In this document: piece by piece, positions 20,251 to 30,281 of the stretch
Position numbering within the stretch: the stretch's first letter is position 1
Layout: every line of letters begins with the position of its first letter
DNA from: Sedimentisphaerales bacterium
GTDB taxonomy: Bacteria; Planctomycetota; Phycisphaerae; Sedimentisphaerales; Anaerobacaceae
DNA length: 64,000 nucleotides
Direction: 5' to 3'
NCBI GenBank assembly: GCA_040772485.1
Contig: JAXGYC010000010.1
Location: 320,001 to 384,000 of the forward strand
Program-made: the position numbers and the translations under genes
The notes under the pieces: generated by a model
Database searches by the model: none
What the model was told of the DNA's origin: nothing
Seen by the model: the letters and a program-made list of their open reading frames with translations, nothing else

Positions 20251-22044
20251 TCAGCCTTCGGCACCGTCCTTCTTTTCGGGGGCCGGCTTGGCGGACCGCA
20301 GGGTGATTCCCAGCGTGTCGCCGCCGGAGGGGTAGGAGCTTTCCTCCCTGGCCACCGGCTGCACCTTCGACGACGGCGCCGGTGCGGCGTGCTCTTCCTG
20401 GGCCCACTGCACCCTTCGCAGACTCAGGCCGATTTTGCGAGCTTCGGGATCGACTTTGAGGATCTTCACCTCGACCTCGTCGTCGGGCTTGACCACATCC
20501 TGCGGCTTGTCGATCTTGTGATCGGCCAGCTCGGAGATGTGCAGCAGACCTTCCAGGTCCGGCTCCAGCTCCACGAACGCGCCGAAGTTGGTGAGTTTGG
20601 CGATCTTGCCTTTGATGATGTGACCGGGGATGTACTTTTCGGGAATCGCACGAATCCACGGGTCCTCGGTCATCTGCTTGATGCCGAGCGAGATCCGCTG
20701 CTTGGCCTCGTTGACCTCGAGGACCACGCACTTGACCTCCTGGCCTTTCTCCAGCGCCTCGCTGGGGTGCCCGAACTTGCGGGTCCAGCTCAGGTCGGAG
20801 ATGTGGACCATGCCGTCGATGCCCGGCTCGATCTCGACGAAGGCGCCGAAGTTCGTCATACTGCGCACGTTGGCGGTCACCACGGTTCCCGGCGGATACT
20901 TCCGGGCGGCCAGCTCCCACGGATTCTGCTCGGTCTGCTTGATGCCCAGCGAGATTTCCTGCTTCTCCTTGTTGACATTCAGAACGACAACGTCGATCTC
21001 GTCGCCGAGGTTGACCATCTCGCCGGGATGCGACAGACGCCGGGTCCAGCTCATCTCGCTGATGTGCACGAGGCCTTCGATCCCGTCTTCCAGACGGACG
21101 AAGACGCCGTAGTTCATCACGTTGACGACCTTGCCCTTGACCTTTGCGCCGACCGGGTACTTCGTCTCGACGCTCTCCCACGGACTGGGGCTCTTCTGCT
21201 TGAGGCCCAGCGAGATCTTCTCGCTCTCTTTGTCGACGCCGATGACCACGCACTCGATTTCCTGATCCAGATCGACCACCTCGGAGGGGTGCGAGATGCG
21301 GCCCCAGCTCAGATCGGAGATGTGCAGCAGGCCGTCCAGCCCGCCCAGGTCGACGAACACGCCGAAGTCCGCGATGTTCTTGACGATACCCTTGCGGAGC
21401 TGACCGACCTCGATCTCGTTGAGAATCTTCTCTTTGCTGGCGCGGCGCTCTTCCTCGATGAGCTTTCGGCGGGAAACCACGATGTTGCGGTTCTCCACGT
21501 CGATCTTGAGGATCTTGCACTCCACGTCCTTGCCGATGAACCGGCTGATGTCGCCCGGTTTGCGAATGTCAACCTGCGAGGCCGGCAGGAAGACCGGGAC
21601 CCCGATGTCCACGAGCAGGCCACCCTTGATCCGCCGGATGACCTTGCCGCTTACAACGTCCCCTTCCTGCTTGGTGTTGATGATGTGCTCCCAGCCGCGA
21701 ATCGTGTCGGCCTTGCGCTTGCTCAGAAGGATCAGCCCGCCGTCCGAGTCGGTGTCCTCCAGCAGAACCTCGATCTCCCGGCCCGGCGCGATCTCGTCCG
21801 GACTGCCGAACTCGCCGGCGTCGACCACGCCCTCGCTCTTCAGACCGACCTCGACGATCACGTCGTTGCCGATCTGAGAGACGATGGTGCCCTTGAGAAT
21901 CGTTCCCGGCAGACGCGAGTCCACTTTCTTTTGCAGCATCTGTTCGAGGTACTGATTCTCCACGTCCCCGAACATCTCGCCGATCTGCTCTTCCAGTTTC
22001 GCGTCGGACAGCCCCAGCTTGTTGACTAAGTTTCGATCTACCAT
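20251..22044 (-). CDS. rpsA: 30S ribosomal protein S1
   Basis: Repeated S1 domains ([63 protein letters not shown]). Confidence 0.97.
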   Translation of the reverse strand: MVDRNLVNKLGLSDAKLEEQIGEMFGDVENQYLEQMLQKKVDSRLPGTILKGTIVSQIGNDVIVEVGLKSEGVVDAGEFGSPDEIAPGREIEVLLEDTDSDGGLILLSKRKADTIRGWEHIINTKQEGDVVSGKVIRRIKGGLLVDIGVPVFLPASQVDIRKPGDISRFIGKDVECKILKIDVENRNIVVSRRKLIEEERRASKEKILNEIEVGQLRKGIVKNIADFGVFVDLGGLDGLLHISDLSWGRISHPSEVVDLDQEIECVVIGVDKESEKISLGLKQKSPSPWESVETKYPVGAKVKGKVVNVMNYGVFVRLEDGIEGLVHISEMSWTRRLSHPGEMVNLGDEIDVVVLNVNKEKQEISLGIKQTEQNPWELAARKYPPGTVVTANVRSMTNFGAFVEIEPGIDGMVHISDLSWTRKFGHPSEALEKGQEVKCVVLEVNEAKQRISLGIKQMTEDPWIRAIPEKYIPGHIIKGKIAKLTNFGAFVELEPDLEGLLHISELADHKIDKPQDVVKPDDEVEVKILKVDPEARKIGLSLRRVQWAQEEHAAPAPSSKVQPVAREESSYPSGGDTLGITLRSAKPAPEKKDGAEG

Positions 22045-22207
22045 AGATTCCGATTCCCCTGTGGAGTCTTTCCGTGCGACCGACCGACGCTCCACATACA
22101 CATCAGCCGGCCTCAATGCCGCAGTGCATCAATCCAAGTTGATATTGGCATCCCCCTGCTCACGCAGCAGAAGGCACTACACGCTCGAACGCGACGAGGC
22201 GACGAAC

Positions 22208-23059
22208 TCACTGTTCTTCGCCAAATCGCTCCAAATGCTTGACAAATTCTTCAATCACCCAATCCGGGGTGGAGGCCCCGGCCGTTACACCAGCCACCTT
22301 CCTGCCGAAAAGGGTCTTTTTATCAAGTTCGTCCCAATTCTGCAAGTGAAAGGTCGCTTCGTTGTGTTTTTTGCACAGGTCGGCCAGGCGGCGGGTGTTG
22401 GCGCTGTGGAGCCCTCCCAGGACAAACATGATGTCCACCTGCTGGCACAGCTCGATGGCGGACTCCTGCCGTTTGATCGCCTCCTTGCACAGGGTATTGA
22501 CCACCTTCAGCTCGCTGAAGCGGCGGCGGGCGATGGCGTCCAGCATCCGTCCGAGATGCTCGGGGCTCTGCGTCGTCTGGCAGACGATGCCCAGCCGCCC
22601 GTTGTGGGGCAGCTTGTCCAGATCCGCCTCGTCGGCCACGACGACCACATCGTTGACGCACCCGACCACCCCCTGGACCTCCGGGTGGTTCTCCTCGCCG
22701 ATAATCACGACCTCGTAGCCTTCGGCTTCGAGCTGCTGGACGATCTGCTGGAGGCGTTTGACCAGGACACAGGTGGCGTCCACGATGTGGAAACCCTCGT
22801 CCTTGAGCCGGCTCAGCTCGCTCGGGGCCACCCCATGAGAGCGAATCAGGACCGTCCCTGAATCCATTTTGTCAATGGAATCGACTGTATGCAGGCCAGC
22901 GGCCCGCAGCCGTTCCACCTCGTCCTTATTGTGTATTATCGGACCGAGACAGTAGACCGACTGGCCCTCCGGAGCCCGCTTCAACGTCTTCTCCGCCATG
23001 CTGATCGCGTTGCGAACCCCCGGGCAGAACCCGCATTTTGCCGCTACCAGTACCTTCAT
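22208..23059 (-). CDS. ispH: 4-hydroxy-3-methylbut-2-enyl diphosphate reductase
   Basis: GFCPGV, IIHN, RSHG, DATC, HPEV, QTT, NTLC, HSANT, TAGASTP. Confidence 0.95.
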   Translation of the reverse strand: MKVLVAAKCGFCPGVRNAISMAEKTLKRAPEGQSVYCLGPIIHNKDEVERLRAAGLHTVDSIDKMDSGTVLIRSHGVAPSELSRLKDEGFHIVDATCVLVKRLQQIVQQLEAEGYEVVIIGEENHPEVQGVVGCVNDVVVVADEADLDKLPHNGRLGIVCQTTQSPEHLGRMLDAIARRRFSELKVVNTLCKEAIKRQESAIELCQQVDIMFVLGGLHSANTRRLADLCKKHNEATFHLQNWDELDKKTLFGRKVAGVTAGASTPDWVIEEFVKHLERFGEEQ

Positions 23060-23189
23060 ATTCGATCCATGCCACCTTCGGCCAATCACGACGCACAAAC
23101 AGAGCGGGAGCGGGCCGATCCACCCACTCCCGTTGACTCCTCTTACGCATTCACAGGCCCGCAGTGCGACCCGATCAGACGCGGAATGC

Positions 23190-23879
23190 CTATTCTACCG
23201 GCTGAATCCAGAGGTTGCGGTACTCGATCGCAGCGCCCTCGCTCTGGAGGCAGATCCTGCCCCCGCGTTCGGAGCACTGCGTCGCCACGTTCTGGAGCGT
23301 GCCGTTAACGAGCACAACGACCCAGTCGTCCTTGCAGATGATGTCGTAGGCATTCCACTGGCCGGGCTCCTTCTCGCTGCTGTCATGGAGCTTGATCGTG
23401 CGGCGGCCCTGGACTCGACTGCCGCCTCTGGCGTGCTGGGCGGTCTCGAGGCCGTCGATCACCCAGAAATCGCCTGCGCTGCCGGCCTGGAGCTGGCATT
23501 CGAGGCTCCTGGGCCAGACCTTGTCGGCGCCGCTGGTGTGCACCAGGACGCCGTTATTGCCCGGCTTGGCGGGCCACCGCCATTCGACGTGCAGATGGTA
23601 GTCGGCATACGGCGTCTCCGTCCGCATGTAGCCGGCCGGCTTGCCTTCGCAACGCAGCACACCCTGGCTGATCGACCAGGTCTTGGCGACGTCGGCGTTC
23701 GCATCGGGCAGGAACAGCTTCCAGCCGGTGAAGTCCGTCCCGTTGAAGAGGACGATCTTCTCCTTTGGCACGGTCGCCGAGGCCGCCTCAACTGCGGCGA
23801 CCGGTCCGGCCGTCAGAACAATCAGCAGCACCACGGCGACCCCAATCAGGGTCGCGCGCCTTCTATCCTGGCTTGGCAT
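23190..23879 (-). CDS. DUF1080 (3-keto-glycoside hydratase family) secreted protein
   Basis: LFNGTDFTGW, GNNGV, LECQL, GQWNAYDI, ICLQSEG..IEYRNL. Confidence 0.88.
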   Translation of the reverse strand: MPSQDRRRATLIGVAVVLLIVLTAGPVAAVEAASATVPKEKIVLFNGTDFTGWKLFLPDANADVAKTWSISQGVLRCEGKPAGYMRTETPYADYHLHVEWRWPAKPGNNGVLVHTSGADKVWPRSLECQLQAGSAGDFWVIDGLETAQHARGGSRVQGRRTIKLHDSSEKEPGQWNAYDIICKDDWVVVLVNGTLQNVATQCSERGGRICLQSEGAAIEYRNLWIQPVE

Positions 23880-23919
23880 TCTCGACACTCCTTTCATCGA
23901 ACGCGACATCAGCCGACGA

Positions 23920-25242
23920 TCAGACCAACCTCGTCTTGCCCGGAACCGCCACCTCGGGCATGGCCAGATCGCCGAATTCGTACGCCGGCGGCGCCAGGTC
24001 CAGCTTCGAGGCGTTCATCACCCAGTCCCACTTCAAGGCCCGGCCTGTGTAGGCGCTCATCCGGCCCATGATCGCGGTCATCGTACTCTCGGCAATCCGC
24101 TTGCCCTCGTTCAGACGCTTGCCCTGGCGAATCGCGGCAATCTGGTCGGCATGCTGGGTCAGGCAGGGATCGACCTGGTCCCAGGCGATCTCGGCGGCGT
24201 CAGCCCCCGCGAACACGGCCCGGCCGAAGTCCAGCCGCGCCGAGCCTTTGGTCCCGACGATGTGCTGATAGTGCGGATTCGAGATGCCGTCCTGCTGGGT
24301 GCCCTTGTAGGAAACGCTCACGCCGTTCGCGTACTCGTATTCCACCGCGAAGTGGTCGTAGGAGTCGCCATACTCCGGCTCTGTCCGCTGTTGCCGCCCG
24401 CCCAGGGCAAAGCACTGAACCGGAGGTCCGCCCAGAGCCCAGTTGACGACGTCGAGGTCGTGCACGTGCATCTCGACGATGAAGTCGCCGCTCAACCAGG
24501 TCATGAACAGCCAGCGACGCAGTTGCCATTCCATGTCCGACCACTGGGGTCTTCGTTGCGAAGGCCCCCAGCCACGCATGGCGTCTCCCAGGCGGAAGCA
24601 TTGCCCGCTCTGGATCGTGCCCAGCGCGCCGTCGCGAATGCGTTTCATCGCCTCGACCAGGTGCGAAATCCGGCGCATCTGCGTGCCGGCCACAAACGTC
24701 AGACCCTTCTGGTCCGCCAGCTCCGCCGAGGCGATCACCGAGCGCACCCCCACCGGGTCCACCGCCACCGGCTTCTCGGCAAACACGTGCTTGCCCGCTT
24801 CAAAGGCCGCCCTGATGTGCATCGGGCGGAAATGCGGCGCGGTCGTCAGGATCACCACATCCACGTTCGTCGCCAGCACCTTCTTGTAGGCGTCCCAGCC
24901 GACGAAGCAGGTCTCATCGGTGACTTTGACCTTGTCCCGGATCGGGTTCGGATCTTCGCCTTCCTTGGGTTGTCGGGTCAGCGCCGCGCGACATCTGTCC
25001 AGCGAATCCTTGAACAGGTCGCCCATTGCGATCAGTTCGACGTTCTCGGCCGCCACCAGAAACCGGGAGGTATCGTGCATGCCCCTCCCGCCGCAGCCAA
25101 TCAAACCGACGCGGATCTTGTCGCTGCCGGCGGCGAATGCACGCGGGCTCAGGCCCGAGGCCACCGCGGCGGACACTACGCCGACCGCCGCCCCTTTCAT
25201 GAAGTCACGTCTCGATACTGCATGCTTGATTCCATCGTTCAT
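23920..25242 (-). CDS. Tat-exported Gfo/Idh/MocA oxidoreductase
   Basis: SRRDFMK, GLIGCGGRG, HVFAEKP, VEMHVHDLD. Confidence 0.92.
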   Translation of the reverse strand: MNDGIKHAVSRRDFMKGAAVGVVSAAVASGLSPRAFAAGSDKIRVGLIGCGGRGMHDTSRFLVAAENVELIAMGDLFKDSLDRCRAALTRQPKEGEDPNPIRDKVKVTDETCFVGWDAYKKVLATNVDVVILTTAPHFRPMHIRAAFEAGKHVFAEKPVAVDPVGVRSVIASAELADQKGLTFVAGTQMRRISHLVEAMKRIRDGALGTIQSGQCFRLGDAMRGWGPSQRRPQWSDMEWQLRRWLFMTWLSGDFIVEMHVHDLDVVNWALGGPPVQCFALGGRQQRTEPEYGDSYDHFAVEYEYANGVSVSYKGTQQDGISNPHYQHIVGTKGSARLDFGRAVFAGADAAEIAWDQVDPCLTQHADQIAAIRQGKRLNEGKRIAESTMTAIMGRMSAYTGRALKWDWVMNASKLDLAPPAYEFGDLAMPEVAVPGKTRLV

Positions 25243-25276
25243 CGCTGCACCCCAATCTTGCCGTACATGCGGACCG

Positions 25277-25978
25277 CTATTCCAACGGTTCTATGTGGAT
25301 ATTGCGAAACTCGATGACGCCCGACTCGACCTGCAGGCCGATGTACCCGCTGCGACGGGTCAGGCCCGGATGTCGCTCGTACAGATAAGGATAGAACGTC
25401 ACGTCGGTGTCGACGACCTGCTTTCCGTTCAGAGCCACAGCGATGCGCGAACCGCGGCACTTGATCGCCATCTGCTGCCACTGGCCGGCCCCGCGGCCCG
25501 CCCGCTCGGACGGCGCCTGAATGTTATAAAGGCTGCCGGTAAACTGGTCCGGCTGAAGATCGCCCCACTCGCGCGTCGCATCGTCGAGAATCTGGACTTC
25601 GATTCCCGCATGGGAAGGATCGCCTCGCAGTGGAGACCGGAGGAAGACGCCGCCATCGGCGCCCGGCGAGATTCGGAACTCCAGCGACAGCACAAAGTCG
25701 CCGTACTGGTCCACTGTCGCCAGCCAGCCGGCGCCGGATGCCGCAGAAGCGTCCGCACCTGCCGAGGCCGCATCCGACGACGCTCGACCCGTGAGCACGC
25801 CGTCCGTCAGCCGCCAGCGGCCCTGCTCGCCCCCGATCACCTGCCAGCCGACCAGACCGGTCGCGAGCAGATCGGTTCGTTGCGACTCGCGGCAGAACCG
25901 CGCCGGCGTACAGGAACCGAGTATCATGACGGCACAAAGCAAGAAAATGAATGGCCCGGCCTGGCCTGTATGACGCAT
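25277..25978 (-). CDS. DUF1080 family putative lipoprotein
   Basis: AGGAGG RBS, ILGSC lipobox-like, YGDFVLSLEF, EVQILDD, GYIGLQ..IEFRNI. Confidence 0.88.
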   Translation of the reverse strand: MRHTGQAGPFIFLLCAVMILGSCTPARFCRESQRTDLLATGLVGWQVIGGEQGRWRLTDGVLTGRASSDAASAGADASAASGAGWLATVDQYGDFVLSLEFRISPGADGGVFLRSPLRGDPSHAGIEVQILDDATREWGDLQPDQFTGSLYNIQAPSERAGRGAGQWQQMAIKCRGSRIAVALNGKQVVDTDVTFYPYLYERHPGLTRRSGYIGLQVESGVIEFRNIHIEPLE

Positions 25979-26101
25979 ATCACACCTCCTGCTGGCGTAG
26001 CGGATTGGCCCCCTCGCATTCGATTGACATCGCTTATAGTGTCGTCGCATTTCGACACGCACGCCTTCGTAGAAACCATCGGCCCAAAGCTCACAGGGCC
26101 A

Positions 26102-26195
26102 AGGCTACCGGGTCGGCCGGCGACCGTCAAGCGCATTTCGCCGCTTCCACAGGTCCGTGCGTTTGCTTGACGCGGCTGCCGCCTTGCGATACGAT
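26102..26195. promoter_or_regulatory. Divergent sigma70-type promoters
   Basis: Plus: TTGACG(26167)-17 bp-TACGAT(26190). Minus: TTGACG(26130)-17 bp-TAGCCT. Confidence 0.55.
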
Positions 26196-26304
26196 TGATC
26201 CGTGTCGTGAGATGATGTCGCCGCGAGAGAATGGGCCTATGTCGGATCGAAACTGGATGCAGCAGCCGTCGGGTTCGCCTGGCCAGGCCGAAGCAGGAAG
26301 GGAT

Positions 26305-27177
26305 GTGCGGTGGGCTCTCGATCTGCGCAGAGGCCTGCGGATGGTGGCGATGCTCGTGCTCTGGGCCGGCGTCAGCCTGCCGGCCGGGCGCGTGGCGATC
26401 GCCACACAGCAGAGCGCCGAGGCGAATTCCCCGCCCCCTGAAACCGCGCCGCCACCCGAGGAAGCCCCGGTCGTCTACTACGGCTACAACATCGTCCGGA
26501 CCTATCCGCACGATGAACGCAACTTCACCCAGGGTCTGGTCTACGAGGACGGCTATCTCTACGAAGGCACCGGCCTCTACAAGCAGTCGGTCCTGATCAG
26601 GCGCCACCTCGAAAGCGGCCGCATCGTCAAACGGCTCCGCCTGCCCGATCAGTATTTCGGCGAGGGGATCGCGCTCTTCGGCGACAAGGTCATCCAACTG
26701 ACGTGGAAATCCGAGGTGGCGTTCGTCTACGACAAGACGACGTTCCGCGAGTTGGAGCAGTTCCATTTCAGCGGCCAGGGCTGGGGCCTGACCAGCGACG
26801 GGACCCGGCTGATCCTCAGCGACGGGACCAGCGTGCTGCGTTTTCTCGACCCGAACACCTACGTCGAAACCGGCCGCCTCCGCGTCCACAACGACCGCCG
26901 CCCGGTGCGCCAGATCAATGAGCTCGAGTTCATCGACGGGCAGATCTACGCCAACATCCTGCCGACCGATTACATCGCCATCATCTCGCCGCAGACCGGC
27001 CGTATCACCGGCTGGATCGACCTGACCGGACTGTACATCGCTCCCGAGCACAGCCCTTCCAACGTCGTCCTCAACGGCATCGCCTATATGCCCGAGAGCA
27101 AGCACCTGCTCGTCACCGGCAAGTGCTGGCCCAAGATCTACGAGATCGAACTGGTCCCGCAGACGTCGGAGCCGTAG
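26305..27177 (+). CDS. Glutaminyl-peptide cyclotransferase (plant/bacterial type; start uncertain, 26212-26341)
   Basis: YPHDERNFTQGL, EGTGLY, FGEGI, QLTWK, GWGLT, SDGT, NELE, VLNGIAY, TGKCWP. Confidence 0.93.
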   Translation: MRWALDLRRGLRMVAMLVLWAGVSLPAGRVAIATQQSAEANSPPPETAPPPEEAPVVYYGYNIVRTYPHDERNFTQGLVYEDGYLYEGTGLYKQSVLIRRHLESGRIVKRLRLPDQYFGEGIALFGDKVIQLTWKSEVAFVYDKTTFRELEQFHFSGQGWGLTSDGTRLILSDGTSVLRFLDPNTYVETGRLRVHNDRRPVRQINELEFIDGQIYANILPTDYIAIISPQTGRITGWIDLTGLYIAPEHSPSNVVLNGIAYMPESKHLLVTGKCWPKIYEIELVPQTSEP

Positions 27178-27201
27178 GGGCGAATCATCATTCGCCCGTA
27201 C
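27174..27201 (+). repeat. 28-bp REP palindrome, family 1 copy a
   Basis: GTAGGGGCGAATCATCATTCGCCCGTAC; related copies at 30254, 53586, 55438. Confidence 0.8.
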
Positions 27202-27202
27202 T

Positions 27203-28807
27203 TCAATCGAGCGGCCGGAATGGGACGCCCAGGGCCCGCAGCCGTTCGAGGTGGTGACGCAATCGGCCGACGAATTGTTCGTAGTCCTTCGCCTCCTTCG
27301 CCGACCAACCGATCTCCGCCAGCGCCGCCGCACGCGGATAGGTCATGTAGTACCGATGCTCGGGCGTGGCAATGAACTCGCCCCAGAGCTGGCCTTGCAC
27401 GCCGAGCACGTGTCGGGCCTTGTCCGGCGCGATGGCGTCAGGGACCGGATCGTAGGAGTACACCTTAGCCAGCGGCAGGTTCCCTCCGATCGCCAGAGGC
27501 TCCGACGCGGCCGGGCCTTGATAGTAGTCGAAGTACGTGTGCGACGTCGGCGCCATCACGACGTCGTGCCCGGCGTTGGCGGCCGCGATGCCCCCCTGCT
27601 CGCCCCGCCACGACATGACCGTGGCCCCGGGCGCCAGGCCGCCCTGAAGAATCTCGTCCCACCCGACCAGCCGCCGGCCGTGACTCGACAGGAAGGCGTC
27701 CATCTGCGCGATGAACCAACTGTGCAGCTCGTGGGCGTCCTTGAGCTGCAGTCGTTTCATCTGCGCCTGCATCTCGGGGTCGTTAATCCAAAGCTCGATG
27801 TTCGCCTCGTCGCCACCGATGTGGATATGCCTGCTCGGAAACAGCTCCATCACTTCGGTCAGCACATCCTGGAAGAAGATGACCGTCTGCGGACGGGGCG
27901 CGAGAAGACCCGAGGTCTCGCGCCACCGCTTCTGGGGTTCCAACGAGGCGAGGCGATCCGGTGCGATGCCCAGCTCCGGGTAGGCGACGATCTCGGCTCC
28001 GGCGTGGAAGGGCATCTCAATCTCCGGCACGATCGTGATGTGGCGGTCGGCCGCGTACTGGACGATCTGGCGAATGTCGTCCTGCGTGTAGAAGCCGAAG
28101 CAGCGCGGTCCCGTGCCGTCGCGATGGCGGAGGTTCCAGTCCATCTGCGAACCGAGTTCTGTGAGCTTCGGGTACTTCTTGATCTCGATCCGCCAGCCCT
28201 CGTTGTCCGTCAGATGGATCTGCAAACGGTTGAACTTGTGCAGCGACATCACGTCGAGGAAGCGCATCACGTCCTCTTTGGCGATGAAGTGACGGGCCGG
28301 ATCGATCAGCAGACCGCGCCAGCCAAAGCGAGGATAGTCCGTGATCTTCACGCAGGGCACGTCCCACGTGACGTCGTCGACCTTCGACGGGCTCAAGACC
28401 GCCGCAGGCAGAAGCTGCCGCAACGTCTGGATGCCATAGAACAACCCCGCCGGCTGCGCCGCGACGATCGCGACCTGTTCCGGCGTCACTCGCAGCTCAT
28501 AGCCCTCGGCGCCGAGCGTCGAGAGGCTATCGTCCAGCCGCATCTCGATGGCCCGCTCGCCGGGCTTGGATGACGTCGTCAGTTCCAGCGCGAATCCCAT
28601 TGCGGGCGCCAACGCTGCGGCCAGCTTCTTCGCCTCGACCGCCGCGGCACCCTGCGCGACGATCCGCGTCGAAGGCGTGACACGAAAGGCCCCGTCCGCC
28701 CGCTCGACCGCGACCGGCTGTGGAATCACGTTGATGTCGCCACCGCTCGCCCTCGACGACAGCCCCAGAGCCAGAACCACTCCAAACACCATCACAAATC
28801 GCACCAT
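27203..28807 (-). CDS. GH20 beta-N-acetylhexosaminidase
   Basis: DYPRFGWRGLLIDPARHF, HLTDNEGWRIEI, PEIEMPFH, HIGGDE, GWDE, QLWGE. Confidence 0.95.
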   Translation of the reverse strand: MVRFVMVFGVVLALGLSSRASGGDINVIPQPVAVERADGAFRVTPSTRIVAQGAAAVEAKKLAAALAPAMGFALELTTSSKPGERAIEMRLDDSLSTLGAEGYELRVTPEQVAIVAAQPAGLFYGIQTLRQLLPAAVLSPSKVDDVTWDVPCVKITDYPRFGWRGLLIDPARHFIAKEDVMRFLDVMSLHKFNRLQIHLTDNEGWRIEIKKYPKLTELGSQMDWNLRHRDGTGPRCFGFYTQDDIRQIVQYAADRHITIVPEIEMPFHAGAEIVAYPELGIAPDRLASLEPQKRWRETSGLLAPRPQTVIFFQDVLTEVMELFPSRHIHIGGDEANIELWINDPEMQAQMKRLQLKDAHELHSWFIAQMDAFLSSHGRRLVGWDEILQGGLAPGATVMSWRGEQGGIAAANAGHDVVMAPTSHTYFDYYQGPAASEPLAIGGNLPLAKVYSYDPVPDAIAPDKARHVLGVQGQLWGEFIATPEHRYYMTYPRAAALAEIGWSAKEAKDYEQFVGRLRHHLERLRALGVPFRPLD

Positions 28808-28907
28808 GTCATGGTCCCTTTCAAAATCACCGCATCACAACCGACCATACCGCCCCCCGCCCCACCCCGCAATCCCAAACTCCGCCGGAACCGGTCGCGA
28901 CACACAC

Positions 28908-29170
28908 TTGACGCAGCCGGGAGATCCCTGTAGACTATCTCCCGGATGTGCGAAGGGAAGCTATGCGTGGAGAGGTTCCCACAGTCCGGCCCGTTGTCCC
29001 CAAGCCGCGTGGCGACACCAAGTGGTTCGCCCAATCAGTTGGCGGGCCGAGGCCCACTCTACGTCTGGGATATGCGCTTGACGCGGGCGAGGCATTTTCA
29101 TAGGCTGGATTTCGAGAAATGCGGAGGGAACATATGCGTGGAGAGGCTTGGACAATCCGGCGATGTGCAC
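28908..29170 (+). promoter_or_regulatory. Tandemly duplicated promoter/leader unit (170-bp period)
   Basis: TTGACG(28908)-17-TAGACT(28931) and TTGACG(29078)-17-TAGGCT(29101), each followed by AGGGAA..ATGCGTGGAGAGG..ACARTCCGGC. Confidence 0.7.
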
Positions 29171-29267
29171 CCACGGCTGCGGCCGCGTGCAATCCCCCGC
29201 CGTCCATCCACCCGCACAGTTCCGCAGATGCATGCCGTTGGACCATACGTTCGTGGGAGGTGTTCTT

Positions 29268-29897
29268 ATGAAACGCAAGCTGCAAACTCCGATCATGGCC
29301 ATTCTGCTCGTCCTGCTTCCGCTCATCGCTTTTTCAGGAGCCGAACAGACGCCGTCCGAGTCTTACTATGAACGATTGAAGTCATTGGTGAGAGTGAGAG
29401 AGGGATACTATGTCTCGATTCATCCGGCCGCGAAAGACCGAGACGTCAACCTGATAGAGATCGAAAAGGGGGCTGCGGGCGTCGTCTTTGGCGCGTCGAT
29501 GGATGATGTGATTGCCGTCTGGGGCTTCCCAGAGTCCATCCGGGTCAATGGATTCCTTAAGACGTGGTTTCTGCGGATTGGCGGAAGCTGCTTCGGCTTT
29601 GTTGACAATCGCCTCACCACCATCGCCGTTTGCCGCGGTGCAGTGAAGAATGCCCATCTGGCAAACGGTATCGGTTTTGAATCCTGCTATGATGAGGTGA
29701 GGTCTGCCTTTGGTGAGCCTGTAGAGGCCACGGACCTTGAGCTTACCTTCGTGACAGAGGATGGCTAAACCATTGAGTTCTGTTTCTGGGATGAACCTGT
29801 TTGGGGCAGACGTGAGCTCATAGCCATCACGATATCCTGCCCGGATTCAGAAGAATCCGCGCGGAGCCGCTTCGACAGGGAAGGGCCAACGCGGTAG
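29268..29897 (+). pseudogene. Secreted hypothetical protein interrupted by an in-frame TAA at 29766-29768
   Basis: GGAGG RBS and signal peptide; after TAA the frame continues 42 codons (TIEFCFWDEPVWGRRELIAITISC...) to TAG 29897. Confidence 0.6.
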
Positions 29898-30111
29898 GCG
29901 GCAAACGTCCTGACGACGGAATGCCACCCGTACCGAAAACCATCGGCAAGCTCGCGCTTGCCGCTGCCACACGTGGCTCTCCGCGCCTGCGATGGGCCGG
30001 CCTGGAATATCTGTGCAGATACAGCATGGGCCACAGCCCATCGTACGGGCGTCCGACGGGCTTTGGGACGCGATTGCCCGCTTCAAGGTGAGGCGCGCGG
30101 CGCGACCCTTA

Positions 30112-30232
30112 TGTCACCCCGAGGGAAAGGAAGTGCAGCCGAGGAGTCTGGCCAACAGAGAATGCGCGCTTCGGGTCTGCGGCTGGATTTCTCCGCTGCG
30201 CCTGCCTTCGGCAGGCTCCGGTCGAAATGACA
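30112..30232. repeat. TGTCA...TGACA-bounded palindromic element (MITE/REP-like) with internal cUUCGg hairpin
   Basis: TGTCACCCCGAG...GATTTCTCCGCT-GCGCCTGCCTTCGGCAGGCTCC-GGTCGAAATGACA. Confidence 0.55.
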
Positions 30233-30253
30233 AGGCCGGCATCGGCATCGTCC

Positions 30254-30281
30254 GCAGGGGCGAATGATGATTCGCCTCTGC
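30254..30281 (+). repeat. 28-bp REP palindrome, family 1 copy b
   Basis: GCAGGGGCGAATGATGATTCGCCTCTGC. Confidence 0.75.

Noticed and set aside
28908..29170. Possible CRISPR array
   Set aside because: Only two degenerate units at 170-bp spacing, no cas genes; looks like a promoter duplication
29766..29768. Recoded stop (Sec/Pyl)
   Set aside because: Codon is TAA, not TGA or TAG; a nonsense mutation or sequencing error is simpler
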